Source: Gemmatimonadaceae bacterium (GTDB lineage: Bacteria > Gemmatimonadota > Gemmatimonadetes > Gemmatimonadales > Gemmatimonadaceae). Taken from it: a stretch of DNA of 50,696 bases. The notes beneath the pieces were generated by a model. It was not told where the DNA came from and did not search any database. It saw nothing but the letters and a program-made list of their open reading frames with translations. Location: assembly GCA_035253695.1 (NCBI GenBank), contig DATFBS010000064.1:1-50696 (forward strand). The letters are read 5' to 3'. A program made the translations under genes and the position numbers. Every line of letters begins with the position of its first letter. Position 1 is the stretch's first letter. Positions 1 through 9,134 of the stretch are shown one piece after another.

Positions 1-588
1 ATCCTCGGCATCTTCGAGCGCGTAGCCTCTGAGAACGGCGCTCGCGATCGGCGATTCCGCGTCGAGCACGCGCAGCATATCGCACCGGCGGACATTTCGC
101 GCTTCGCGGCGCTCGATGTCATTCCGAGCATGCAGCCCTACCACGCGATCGACGACGGACGCTGGGCCGACAAGGTCATCGGGGCGGAGCGCTCGAGGAC
201 CACCTATGCGTTCCGTTCGCTACTCGATGCACGGGCCACACTCGCTTTCGGCAGCGACTGGTACGTCGCGCCGCCGACGCCCCTCGAAGGCATCTACGCC
301 GCCGTCACGCGCCGCACCATCGATGAGAAGCAGCCCGGCGGATGGGTGCCGGAGCAGAAGATCACCGTCGAAGAAGCCCTGCGTGCTTACACCATCGGCT
401 CCGCCCATGCGGAGTTTGCCGAGACCGAGAAGGGGTCCCTGGAGCGCGGGAAGCTCGCCGACTTCGTCCTTCTCGATCGCGACCTCACACGCGTTCCGCC
501 GGAGAGCATCCGCGAAGCACTTGTGATGATGACCGTCGTGGGTGGTCAGGTGGTCTTCGATCGAGAGACCGGTGGAGACAAGAGGTGA
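1..588 (+). CDS. amidohydrolase family protein (Amidohydro_3-like), C-terminal part; 5' end lies outside the window
   Basis: Frame-1 translation is open from nt 1 ([27 protein letters not shown]...) into the ORF 130..588. The C-terminal motifs (GSDW, GSAHAEF...[15 protein letters not shown]) are typical of metal-dependent amidohydrolases. Confidence 0.7.
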   Translation: MLGIFERVASENGARDRRFRVEHAQHIAPADISRFAALDVIPSMQPYHAIDDGRWADKVIGAERSRTTYAFRSLLDARATLAFGSDWYVAPPTPLEGIYAAVTRRTIDEKQPGGWVPEQKITVEEALRAYTIGSAHAEFAETEKGSLERGKLADFVLLDRDLTRVPPESIREALVMMTVVGGQVVFDRETGGDKR

Positions 589-1001
589 TGACCATTCGTG
601 CGCGGGTGTTGGTGGCGGCGCTTCTGGTCGCGGCATGCGACCAACCGAAGGAAGAAGTCCCTTCCGTCGGACAGACACCCATTCAGACCCGCGCCACGCG
701 CGAGGCGCGAATCCGCGAGCTCGAGCAGCAGGCGCGAGCGCTTGTCAGGACCGACGGCTGCGACCAGGCGAATCAATGCGCCACGGCACCGGTGGGCGTG
801 AAGGGATGCGGTGGCCCCCGGAGCTACCTCGTGTACTGTAAAGCGACAACGGATGAGGCAGCGCTGTTGCGCACCCTCGATGAGCTGAAGCGAGTCGAGG
901 AAGAGTACAATCGCGTGGAACAGATCGCGTCCGATTGTATGATGATCCTGCCTCCCGCGGTCCGGCTTGAGGGGCGTACCTGCGCGGCGGCGGTTCCCTG
1001 A
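588..1001 (+). CDS. hypothetical secreted protein or lipoprotein
   Basis: ATG at 588 overlaps the upstream TGA (TGATG), suggesting coupling. N-terminus [19 protein letters not shown] looks like a lipoprotein signal with a lipobox Cys. The ORF-track extension upstream of 588 overlaps the preceding gene out of frame. Confidence 0.5.
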   Translation: MTIRARVLVAALLVAACDQPKEEVPSVGQTPIQTRATREARIRELEQQARALVRTDGCDQANQCATAPVGVKGCGGPRSYLVYCKATTDEAALLRTLDELKRVEEEYNRVEQIASDCMMILPPAVRLEGRTCAAAVP

Positions 1002-1015
1002 CCTTTGCGCAACTT

Positions 1016-1172
1016 CCTTTTAAGAGGCGGTAGCACAGAGACACACCGAGACATTGCACAGAGACACATTGAGGAAGATCAACTGCGAAAGCTTTCCTGA
1101 AGCACTGCAGTGGAGTCCTCGGTGTGTCTGTGTGGAAAGTCTCGGCGTGTCTCTGTGCTACCGCTTTTCAGG
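1016..1172. repeat. long imperfect palindrome (~57-bp arms) built from CACAGAGACA/CCGAGAC units; the loop contains two mini-palindromes (GAAAGCTTTC, CACTGCAGTG)
   Basis: Left arm 1016-1075 is the reverse complement of right arm 1106-1172 with a few mismatches or indels. It lies between convergent genes. The right arm overlaps the last 4 codons of the regulator gene. Confidence 0.6.
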
Positions 1173-3599
1173 CTCGTTGCGCGATGAAGTCATCCGCGCG
1201 GCCCCCACGCGCCTGACGAGCGCCTCGTAGCGCGCGTCGCCGTGTAGCGGCCGCAGCTGCGGATCTACGCCGAGGAATGCCATAGAGTGCGAGCGCTCCT
1301 CGTACGCGCGCTCGAGCAGATCGAGGGCGCGCTCCCGCTCACCGAGCGCTAAATGAACCTTCGCGACCTCGTACTTGGGCACGTACCCTCGTGCGGCGAC
1401 CGTCTCCAGCTCACGCAGGAGCGCTCTCGCTCCGGCACTGTCCCGCGCGACCGCCCGCGCACGGGCGAGCGAGGCGACGAACAGCGTACTGCGATTGGTC
1501 AGCGTCGCGGCTCTCTCCAGCAACGTCACCGACTCGGCCTCGCGGCCGAGCTCCTGTAGTGCCCATCCACGCCAGAGCAGCGCCACAGCGTAGTCGGGAT
1601 CGAGCTCGAGCGTGAGCCGGCACTGCTCGGCTGCGCGCTCGTGCTCTCCAGCGTAATACAACACCCATCCGTGCGCCGCGCTCGCGATCAACGACAACGG
1701 GTCGATCTCCTGGGCGCGTCCCATGGCGCGCACCGCCTCTTCGAATCGGGCACGCACCGTCAGAAAGTTCGCGTACCACTGATACGCGGTCGAATAGCGC
1801 GGCCCGACTTCGATCGCGCGCGTGAACCACTCCTCGGCGCGCGGCCAGTTCCAGTTGTAATAGAGCTCGACGTACCCGAGTGTCGCGTACGGCTGCACCA
1901 ATGCGGAATCGATGGCCATGGCTCGCCGCGCTGCACGCTCCGCTCGCGGGAACGCCTCACGCGGCGCGAGGTAGTCATAGAAGCCCAGGACCGCGTGCGC
2001 GTCGGCGAGGCCCGCGTGCGCGAGCGCATACGTGGAGTCCTTCTCGATGGCCTGCGCGAAATACGCTGCCGCCGCTTTGAGGCCTTCTTCCGTGCGCCGG
2101 TACCACGAGTAGCGGCCTTTCATATACAACGCGTGGCGACCGCGCAGATAAAGATTGTACGCCTCGAGGTCCGTATCGCGCCGGGCTGTTGCCGCCGAAT
2201 CGGCGCGGCCGACGAGCGTCCCCTTGAGAGTCTCGACGATGGACCGCGAGATCTCCTCCTGAATGTCGAACACGTCCTCGAGCTTCCGCTCGTACGTTCG
2301 CGACCAGAGCTGATATCCGTCTAGCGCGTTGGAAAGCCGCGCCGTGATGCGCAGCGTGCTGTCGGCGGCCCGGACGCTGCCGTCGAGCACCGTGGCGACG
2401 CCGAGCTGCCTACCCACCTCACGCACGTCGAGCGTCTTTCCCTTGAACGCGAACGACGACGTGCGGGACGCCACGCGCACGCCCTGCACGCGACCGAGTG
2501 TGTTGATCAGCTCCTCGGTCATACCGTCGCTGAAATACTCGTGATCGTGCGCGGCACTGAGATCGACGAACGGAAGCACGGCGACGCTGGCGCTGCTCGC
2601 TTTACTTCCTTCGGACGCGCGACCGCGCGCGGTCATCGCGACGGCGATCACGATCGCGATGATGGCGGCGGCGACGGGCCACCAGTGTCTTCGCGTGGAG
2701 GGTTGTCTCGCGACGACAGCCGGCGGACTCGGCGTCTGCGTCGGTGGTGCCGACTCCGTCGCGACGCTGGCTGAGGCCGGTGGAGACGGAGCGGGCGCGA
2801 TCGGCTGCGCGCGCATCGATGCTGCCAGCTCCGCCACGGCTGCGTCCGGCTCGGTCCCGAATTCCTCGGCGAGGAGCGTCGCGTGGATACGAGCGTGCTG
2901 GAGCGCCGCGGCCCGGTCACCGGAGCGGTCGAGCGCCCGCATGAGCCTCACCACGACGCGCGAGCTATACGGGTCCTGCGCAGCCAGAGCACGCCACCAC
3001 CGAACGGCCTCGACCGCATTGCCTCGACGTTCGGCACTCTCACTGAGGGACTCGAGTACCCGTGCGTACGCGCGGCCCAGCCGATCGCGCTCGCCGGCAG
3101 CCCACCGCTCGAACTCCTCGGCGTCGGCGAGGAAGAAGCCATCGAGAAAGGGGCCGCCGTACAGCTCGGCTGCCCGCTGCCATTCCCCGCGCTCGATCGC
3201 GTCCTCGAAGTCGCCGACATCGCTCGGCAGCACATCGATCGAAAGGCGAAGGTCGTCACCGGCGCTGATGATCGCCTCCGCCCCAAGAGCCTGGTTCACC
3301 CGATAGATCGAATCGGAGAGGAGGGCTCGGCCGTGTTCGGCGTCCTGCTCGGGCCACAGATAGGCAATCAGCTTGTCGCGACTGACCCCTCGTCCACGGG
3401 CGGCGGCCAGCATCGCCAGCAGGGCGACGCGGCGCCGTTGAGCGGCGCGGCCGGCGAGAGGACCCGCCGGCGTCTGAATCGACGCGCCGCCGAGCAGCTT
3501 GAGTGAGAACACCTTAGGCGTGGCGAGAGCAGGGCGAGAAACGGACGAGAGCGCGCCGAGGCCGCTCCGACATGATACGCGCGCCCCCGGTCCGGGCAA
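1158..3599 (-). CDS. BTAD/SARP-type winged-helix transcriptional regulator with a TM segment, a TolB-N-like domain and C-terminal TPR repeats
   Basis: N-terminal OmpR/BTAD-like region (LKLLGGASIQT...RRRVALLAMLAAA...). One hydrophobic helix (WWPVAAAIIAIVIAVAM). A VLPFVDLS...YFSDGMTEELINTL motif as in TolB_N-like domains, followed by multiple TPR-like repeats. The true start may be an alternative codon downstream of 3599. Confidence 0.7.
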   Translation of the reverse strand: MPGPGARVSCRSGLGALSSVSRPALATPKVFSLKLLGGASIQTPAGPLAGRAAQRRRVALLAMLAAARGRGVSRDKLIAYLWPEQDAEHGRALLSDSIYRVNQALGAEAIISAGDDLRLSIDVLPSDVGDFEDAIERGEWQRAAELYGGPFLDGFFLADAEEFERWAAGERDRLGRAYARVLESLSESAERRGNAVEAVRWWRALAAQDPYSSRVVVRLMRALDRSGDRAAALQHARIHATLLAEEFGTEPDAAVAELAASMRAQPIAPAPSPPASASVATESAPPTQTPSPPAVVARQPSTRRHWWPVAAAIIAIVIAVAMTARGRASEGSKASSASVAVLPFVDLSAAHDHEYFSDGMTEELINTLGRVQGVRVASRTSSFAFKGKTLDVREVGRQLGVATVLDGSVRAADSTLRITARLSNALDGYQLWSRTYERKLEDVFDIQEEISRSIVETLKGTLVGRADSAATARRDTDLEAYNLYLRGRHALYMKGRYSWYRRTEEGLKAAAAYFAQAIEKDSTYALAHAGLADAHAVLGFYDYLAPREAFPRAERAARRAMAIDSALVQPYATLGYVELYYNWNWPRAEEWFTRAIEVGPRYSTAYQWYANFLTVRARFEEAVRAMGRAQEIDPLSLIASAAHGWVLYYAGEHERAAEQCRLTLELDPDYAVALLWRGWALQELGREAESVTLLERAATLTNRSTLFVASLARARAVARDSAGARALLRELETVAARGYVPKYEVAKVHLALGERERALDLLERAYEERSHSMAFLGVDPQLRPLHGDARYEALVRRVGAARMTSSRNEPEKR

Positions 3600-3629
3600 G
3601 ACACCTCACCGCATCTCTCAGGAGACGAT

Positions 3630-4205
3630 ATGCGTATGCCAATCACTGCCACAGTCGCCACGCCTGTACTGGCCGCCAGCGTGGTCGCGATCGCCCTCGC
3701 GTGCGCCGAGCGCCGCGAGCCGACGAGTCCAGCGGTCGCGCACGTGCACGTCGCCGCGAAGCAGACGGCCGCCCCCATTTCCGATCTGGGTCCCAAGCTG
3801 GCCGCGCTCAGGGGCGCGACCGCGCGATATCACGACTTCGCTGCGGCGCAGGCCGATGGATACGGCATTCAGGTCACCGGCTGCATGGAGGACGCGTCCC
3901 GAGGAGGAATGGGCTATCACTTCGGCAAAGGCGACCTGATCGATGGACAGGTGATCGAAGCGCGTCCGGAGGTATTGCTCTACGAGCCACAAGGGAAGGG
4001 GAAGCCGCGGCTCGTCGGGGTCGAGTTCATCATCCCCTTCACCGCGTGGACAGGTACCGAGCCGCCGACGCTTTATGGCCAGACCTTCGCGCGCAACGAG
4101 ACGTTCCAGGTTTGGGCGCTGCACGTCTGGGCGTGGCGGAACAACCCCGCCGGTGTGTTCACGGACTGGAATCCGGCGGTCAGCTGCGACCGCGACAACG
4201 CCTAA
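3630..4205 (+). CDS. hypothetical lipoprotein
   Basis: Signal peptide with LACAE lipobox. No recognisable catalytic motif. Divergent from the regulator gene. Confidence 0.5.
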   Translation: MRMPITATVATPVLAASVVAIALACAERREPTSPAVAHVHVAAKQTAAPISDLGPKLAALRGATARYHDFAAAQADGYGIQVTGCMEDASRGGMGYHFGKGDLIDGQVIEARPEVLLYEPQGKGKPRLVGVEFIIPFTAWTGTEPPTLYGQTFARNETFQVWALHVWAWRNNPAGVFTDWNPAVSCDRDNA

Positions 4206-4217
4206 CAGGAGCCTCTC

Positions 4218-4499
4218 ATGCGACGCTACATGATCGAGCGGGACCTGACGGGCGCCGGCCAGCTCACCGCGGATGAGCTCCGTGGCATCTCGACGAAGTC
4301 ATGTGAGGTGCTCCGTGACCTCGGCCCGGAGGTCCAGTGGGTGCAGAGCTACGTCACCGACGACAAGATCTACTGCGTGTACCTCGCGTCGAACGAGCGG
4401 CTGATCCGCGAGCACGCCAAGCGCGGGGGATTCCCCTGTAGCCGGGTGAGTGAAGTACGGGCAGGGATCGATCCGACGACGGCGGAGCTGAGGCAATAG
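4218..4499 (+). CDS. DUF4242-like small protein
   Basis: 93 aa. Pattern MRRYMIERDL...AGQLT..EL.....KSCEVLRDLGP.VQWVQSYVTDDKIYCVYLA...IREHAKRGGFP matches the DUF4242 family I recall. SD-like CAGGAG upstream. 13 nt after the previous gene. Confidence 0.55.
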   Translation: MRRYMIERDLTGAGQLTADELRGISTKSCEVLRDLGPEVQWVQSYVTDDKIYCVYLASNERLIREHAKRGGFPCSRVSEVRAGIDPTTAELRQ

Positions 4500-4500
4500 G

Positions 4501-4617
4501 TCCCAAGGGTCCTCAGGGTCCTCAGGGTCCTCAGGGTGCGTAGTGCTCAGGGGGTTCACACTCTGAGGACCCTGAGGACCCTGAGGACCCTGAGGACCCT
4601 GAGGACCCTTGGGACTA
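4501..4617. repeat. palindromic element made of tandem 9-mers: (GGGTCCTCA)x3, loop, (TGAGGACCC)x5
   Basis: Direct reading of 4501-4617. Arms are reverse complements with unequal repeat numbers. The loop sequence GGGTGCGTAGTGCTCAGGGGGTTCACACTCTGAGG is conserved in the second copy at 17947-18058. It sits between convergent genes. Confidence 0.75.
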
Positions 4618-5760
4618 GGGCTTTTGACTCGTCTCCACCGGCATTTCGAACTTCACCGGCAGCTGCACCAGCTGTCGCACGCGCTGGCCGCCGAGCAAAG
4701 CCGGATGGAATCGAGCGTTCTGCAGCGCGCGGCGTACGGCGTCGGTGAAGAGCGCGTGGCTCGTCGAGATCGCCGAGATGCTCTCGAGAACCACGAGGCC
4801 GCCTGTGTCGACCACGAACTCCACGAGGACCTGACCGGTCACGCGCTCACGGAACAGGGAATCGGGATACGCGGGCCGCACGGTCGAGCTGCTGTCGGGG
4901 CGCGCGACGTGATCGACCTGGTCGGCGGTGAAGAGCTGGCGCTCCTCGACCTGCTTGGTCAGCTCGGCCGGTGGGGCAGCGGCGCGCCGGGCCTTCCGCC
5001 GACGCTCCTCGAATCCCGTCCAGATCACGATGGCGCCGCATGAGCCCCCACCCCGGACCCACCGGAATTCGGGAGGAACGGTGGCCACGCCGAGGTAGAC
5101 CTCGATTCCCTCGATGATGTAGGGGTCCAGCGCGTCGAGGTCGAATTCTCCGGCGGTCGCCGGGAATCCGTCGAGCCAGACGAGCGGCGCACAACGCATC
5201 CCGCGGAACCGAACGACGTTCGAGAACGTCGACGAGTAGATGCGAGCGCCTGGGACGCTGCGGAACAGGTCGGTCACCTGCGACGGATTCCGCTGGTCGA
5301 TCTGCTCGCGCGTGATGAAATGCCCGCCTGACGAGCGTGAGCGCCGCTGGTAGAATCCCGCCAGCCGTCCATGTTCATCGAACCGGCGGTTGCCGCGGAC
5401 GATCACAGCGGCAAGTGACTGGGCAAGGGGGGTCACGATGACGGACATCGCTGCCGCCTCGTTGGCGGCGATCGCGATGCTGGCGACCGTGGGGATGAAT
5501 CCCAGCCGCCGGACGCCGACGGTGAGCGTGCCCGCGGGCACGTTCGTTAGGCGAAACTCGCCCTGGGCGTTGGTGTGCGCCCGCAGGTTGGTGCCGACGA
5601 TCGTGATCTCGGCTCCGGCGATTCCGGCTCCGGATGAGTCACGCACCATCCCCGCCACGGTACCGCGCGCCGACGGCTGCTGGGCGCGGAGGGACGCGGG
5701 AGTGAGCGCGAGCGCGCCCCCTGCCAGGCCAATGGCGGCCACGCCGCACAGACGACGCAT
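4615..5760 (-). CDS. TonB C-terminal domain protein with N-terminal CarboxypepD_reg-like and plug-like domains
   Basis: The likely start is MRRLCGVAAIGLAGGALALTPASLRAQQ (signal peptide) at 5760. The ORF-track start at 5844 adds 28 aa with no signal-peptide character. CarboxypepD_reg-like β-sandwich (GTVAGMVRDSSGAGIAGAEITIVGT...). C-terminal TonB-like motif (RVTGQVLVEFVVDTGGLV...RQLVQLPVKFEM). Confidence 0.6.
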   Translation of the reverse strand: MRRLCGVAAIGLAGGALALTPASLRAQQPSARGTVAGMVRDSSGAGIAGAEITIVGTNLRAHTNAQGEFRLTNVPAGTLTVGVRRLGFIPTVASIAIAANEAAAMSVIVTPLAQSLAAVIVRGNRRFDEHGRLAGFYQRRSRSSGGHFITREQIDQRNPSQVTDLFRSVPGARIYSSTFSNVVRFRGMRCAPLVWLDGFPATAGEFDLDALDPYIIEGIEVYLGVATVPPEFRWVRGGGSCGAIVIWTGFEERRRKARRAAAPPAELTKQVEERQLFTADQVDHVARPDSSSTVRPAYPDSLFRERVTGQVLVEFVVDTGGLVVLESISAISTSHALFTDAVRRALQNARFHPALLGGQRVRQLVQLPVKFEMPVETSQKP

Positions 5761-5946
5761 GGGACCACCTCCGCCTGCGAGGGTAGGGTCGGGGATGAGG
5801 GGGCGCAAGGGCCAGGCCGTCAGCGCAGTGTAAAGGCAGGCCAACGCTGAGGTCCGCGAGGTAGTGGAGGTAGTCCAGGCGATCGACGAGAAGTCGCCTG
5901 ATCAGCTTGGTCTACCTGGACTCCCTGGACAACCTGGGCAACCTCT

Positions 5947-6876
5947 CTAGGGCGTAATGTCTATCGCGAGATGAAGCTGTAGGTATCGCTCGATGACTCG
6001 AGCGAGAGAAGAAGCGAATCTCGCTCTGTTCTCTTCCGTATCCCGAACTCCAACTCGGTTCGACTCGATCTGCACCGCGCAGATCTGACCCCCTCCCCGA
6101 CACCCATGCACCGCGGTGTTATAGCCGCCGGCGAAGTACTCGGCGTCGCCGGGGTCGGGCGTCGAGTCGCTGGGAACGGCGGGGAAGCCCTCCGCCTCGA
6201 GCAGCGCGCCAAGGCTCGAAGGGCCGCGCAGCAGCTCGGAGAACGACAGTGGGGAGAGCACCGATATCGTTCGGATGCTGCTCGAGCTCTCGAACGCGGG
6301 GCGGCTGTCCAGAGAGTCGTTCGGCTTGCGAAGATCTCCCGCGTCCAGGAGATAGCCGAGCTCCAACCGCTGGATCGCGTGGCCATGGCCGTGCAGGTCG
6401 AGGTAGAGGCCGCCCGTGAGATCCCTGCTGATCGCGTTCTTGGCTTCGGCGATGAACTGGTGGAATTCCTGCCACGCGAGCTGGGCCTCCGCGTCCCCCT
6501 GTGCGCCCTCGACGATCTCGCGGTTCGCGTCGAGCTTCACGCGATGCAGGTGCACGATGACGACATGCGCATGCTTTCCCGTCAGCCTGACGAGAGCGGA
6601 ATCGGCCGCGCGAGCCAGCTCGCCCGTGTTCAGGTCGGTGACGGTCGTCCCGTACGTGCGATCGGGAATCTCCGCCGGTCGAAGCGATCCGCCGTGGGGC
6701 GCAGTGAGGATGACCGGAAGCTCTCCGGCGATGTACTCGATGTAGTTGTTGCGTCCGAAGTAGGAGGTGCCCGGCGTATAGCGCGCCGTGTCCACCGGGT
6801 CCACGCGCGGCGACGCCGGAGAGGCGCACGCCGACAGCAGGACGAGGAGTCCGAGCGACGAGCGAGCGTTCAGAAC
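5947..6876 (-). CDS. N-formylglutamate amidohydrolase (FGase)-fold zinc hydrolase, secreted or lipoprotein
   Basis: Motifs [19 protein letters not shown] and HGHGH are typical of the FGase/succinylglutamate desuccinylase-like fold. Lipoprotein-like N-terminus [10 protein letters not shown]. The exact start is uncertain: no ATG/GTG/TTG sits immediately before the signal peptide. The ORF-track extension to 7422 overlaps the E1 gene and is spurious. Confidence 0.5.
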   Translation of the reverse strand, partial: VLNARSSLGLLVLLSACASPASPRVDPVDTARYTPGTSYFGRNNYIEYIAGELPVILTAPHGGSLRPAEIPDRTYGTTVTDLNTGELARAADSALVRLTGKHAHVVIVHLHRVKLDANREIVEGAQGDAEAQLAWQEFHQFIAEAKNAISRDLTGGLYLDLHGHGHAIQRLELGYLLDAGDLRKPNDSLDSRPAFESSSSIRTISVLSPLSFSELLRGPSSLGALLEAEGFPAVPSDSTPDPGDAEYFAGGYNTAVHGCRGGGQICAVQIESNRVGVRDTEENRARFASSLARVIERYLQLHLAIDITP

Positions 6877-8981
6877 GCCGCGATCTCCTGCACGACGCGC
6901 TTGAAATCGTCGATCTGCGGGAGGATCGCGTCTTCGAGCGACGGCGCGTAGCCGACGAACGTATCGGTCGACGCAATGCGCATCACCGGCGCGTCGAGCC
7001 AGGCGAAGCATTCCTGCGCGATCGCGGCGGCGATCTCGGCGCCGTATCCCCACGACAGCGAGTCCTCGTAGGCGACGATCACGCGATTCGTCTTCTTCGT
7101 CGATGCGAACACCGCCTCTCGATCCCACGGCGAAAGCGTGCGCAGATCGATCACCTCGACATCTGGACCGCCAGCCTCGGCGATCTGGTTCGCGGCGACG
7201 AGCGCGCGCTGCACCGTTGCACCGTAGGTGACGATGGTGATGTCCTTCCCGTCGCGGACCACCTTCGCCTTGCCGAACGGAATCATGAAGTTCGGCCCGG
7301 GGTACCGCGATTTGTTGTATGTCTGCCGATAGAGATGCTTGTGCTCGAGGAAGATCACCGGATCGTCGCAGCGAATCGCCGTGCGCAGCAATCCGTTGGC
7401 ATCGAGCGCGGTCGCGGGACACACGACGCGAAGCCCGGGCGTGTGCGTGAACAGCGACGCGCCGGTCTGCGAGTGGTAGACGGCACCGCGGATGTAGCCA
7501 CCGTAGGTCGTGCGCACGACGACCGGCGCGGAGAACGCGTTATTCGACCGCCAGCGCATCGTGGCCAGCTCGTCGCGGAGCTGCATGTATGCCGGCCAGA
7601 TATAATCGAAGAACTGAATCTCGACGACCGGCTTCAATCCGCGGATCGCCAGACCAACGGCGCGACCGACAATGTTCGCCTCGGCGAGCGGTGAGTTGTA
7701 GACACGGGTGCCGCCGAACTCCTTTTGCAGTCCCCACGTCACCTTGAAGACGCCACCCTTGCCTTTCACCTTGCCCATGTACTGCTCGCGTGACAGGTCG
7801 GCGACATCCTCACCGAACACCACGATCTTCTCATCGCGCCGCATCTCATCCTTCATGCACGCGTTGAGCAGATCGACCATCGTCGTCGGCTCGCCGGCGA
7901 ACTGTGGATCGTCCTCCGTGTCGAACGCATCGCTAGTGGGATCGACGTCGGGCGAATAAACGGCGAAGTACACCGTGTCAGCGGCGGGCTGCGGCTGGGC
8001 GAGGGCGTCGTCGGTCGCGGCAAGGATCTCGGCGTCCACCTCCTGACGAAGTCGATCGAGCTCATCCTCCGTCGCCATTCCCTCCGCCACCAGCCAGCGC
8101 GGGAAGGTGATGAGCGGATCGCGCTGCGCCTCCGCCTCGCGCTCCTCGGGAGGCTTGTAGAAGACCTCGTCGTCGGACTGTGAATGCGAGTACGGACGAA
8201 TGACGCGAGCGTGCACGAACGCCGGGCCCTTCCCTTTGCGCGTGTGATCGACGGCTTTCTTCATCACCTCGTATGAGGCGACCAGATCGCACCCGTCGAC
8301 TTCCAGGATCAACAGATTCGGGAAGCCGCTCACGAGCTTCGAGATCGAGCCACCCGCTGTATTCACCTCGACCGGGACGGAAATCGCGTAGCCGTTGTCC
8401 TCCACGAGGTAGACGATGGGCAGCGACAGATTGCAGGCGGTGTTGAGGGATTCCCAGAACTCGCCTTCGCTGGTCGTGCCATCGCCGGTGGTGACGAGAA
8501 CGATCTCATCTTTCTGGAAACCTTCGGTGAGGCCAAGCGCCTTCGCGCGAACGATTGCCTCAGCGGACCCGACTGCCTGGAGGAACTGCGTTCCGGTCGG
8601 CGACGAGGTGGAGACGATGTTCAGCTCTTTTTTTCCCCAGTGGCTGGGCATCTGCCGCCCGCCGGAGTTGGGATCGATCGCCGCGCCAACCGCCGAGTAG
8701 AGCATCTCCGCGGGCGTCATGCCGAGCTGCAGGCACAGCGCGCGGTCGCGGTAGTACATGTAGAACCAGTCATGCGCCGACCGCGTAACCATGCCAGCGG
8801 CGGTCAGGATCGCCTCATGTCCCGCGCCGGAGATCTGGAAGAAGATCTTATTCTGCTTCTTGAGCTGGATCTCTTTGTCATCGAGCCGGCGCGAGAGGTA
8901 CATCGTGCGATAGGCGGCGACGAGCTGATCGCGCCCGAGCTCCGATGTCCCTTTCCGCTCCGCTTTCGTTTGAGTCGCCAT
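6870..8981 (-). CDS. 2-oxoacid (pyruvate/branched-chain) dehydrogenase E1 component, fused alpha and beta subunits, TPP-dependent
   Basis: N-terminal E1-alpha TPP-binding region ([17 protein letters not shown]...GAGHEA...[15 protein letters not shown]) and C-terminal E1-beta transketolase-like region ([11 protein letters not shown]...[14 protein letters not shown]...). The start is set at [10 protein letters not shown] (ATG ~8981). The 39 upstream codons in the ORF track are translation of the repeat element. Confidence 0.8.
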   Translation of the reverse strand: MATQTKAERKGTSELGRDQLVAAYRTMYLSRRLDDKEIQLKKQNKIFFQISGAGHEAILTAAGMVTRSAHDWFYMYYRDRALCLQLGMTPAEMLYSAVGAAIDPNSGGRQMPSHWGKKELNIVSTSSPTGTQFLQAVGSAEAIVRAKALGLTEGFQKDEIVLVTTGDGTTSEGEFWESLNTACNLSLPIVYLVEDNGYAISVPVEVNTAGGSISKLVSGFPNLLILEVDGCDLVASYEVMKKAVDHTRKGKGPAFVHARVIRPYSHSQSDDEVFYKPPEEREAEAQRDPLITFPRWLVAEGMATEDELDRLRQEVDAEILAATDDALAQPQPAADTVYFAVYSPDVDPTSDAFDTEDDPQFAGEPTTMVDLLNACMKDEMRRDEKIVVFGEDVADLSREQYMGKVKGKGGVFKVTWGLQKEFGGTRVYNSPLAEANIVGRAVGLAIRGLKPVVEIQFFDYIWPAYMQLRDELATMRWRSNNAFSAPVVVRTTYGGYIRGAVYHSQTGASLFTHTPGLRVVCPATALDANGLLRTAIRCDDPVIFLEHKHLYRQTYNKSRYPGPNFMIPFGKAKVVRDGKDITIVTYGATVQRALVAANQIAEAGGPDVEVIDLRTLSPWDREAVFASTKKTNRVIVAYEDSLSWGYGAEIAAAIAQECFAWLDAPVMRIASTDTFVGYAPSLEDAILPQIDDFKRVVQEIAAF

Positions 8982-8997
8982 AGAACTTGAAGATAGT

Positions 8998-9095
8998 CGT
9001 CGAACGAGGAACGAGGAACGAGGAACGAGGAACGAGGAAGCCGTCGCGAGCTCCGCGCCGCGTTTCCTCGTCCCTCGTTCCTCGTTCCTCATTGG
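8998..9095. repeat. palindromic element: (GAACGAG)x5, 22-nt loop, (CCTCGTT)-type units x4
   Basis: Direct reading. It lies in the divergent region between the E1 and HIT gene starts. The unit GAGGAAYGAGG is shared with the elements at 20053-20133 and 38488-38590. Confidence 0.65.
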
Positions 9096-9134
9096 CACCT
9101 TCCGTGCTTCTTCGAGTGGTACCAGGAGGGTCTC

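Noticed and set aside
4500-4620. Possible CRISPR array, considered because of short regularly spaced repeats
   Set aside because: The repeats are directly tandem with no spacers, 7-10 nt units, and paired with their reverse complement to form hairpins. No cas genes nearby.
6119-6976. 285-aa minus-strand ORF ([13 protein letters not shown]...)
   Set aside because: Alternative frame of the FGase-fold gene region. Extreme Arg/Ser/Pro bias and no motifs.
8982-9098. N-terminal extension [39 protein letters not shown] on the E1 gene
   Set aside because: This is translation of the GAACGAG repeat palindrome. The conserved E1 N-terminus begins at [10 protein letters not shown].
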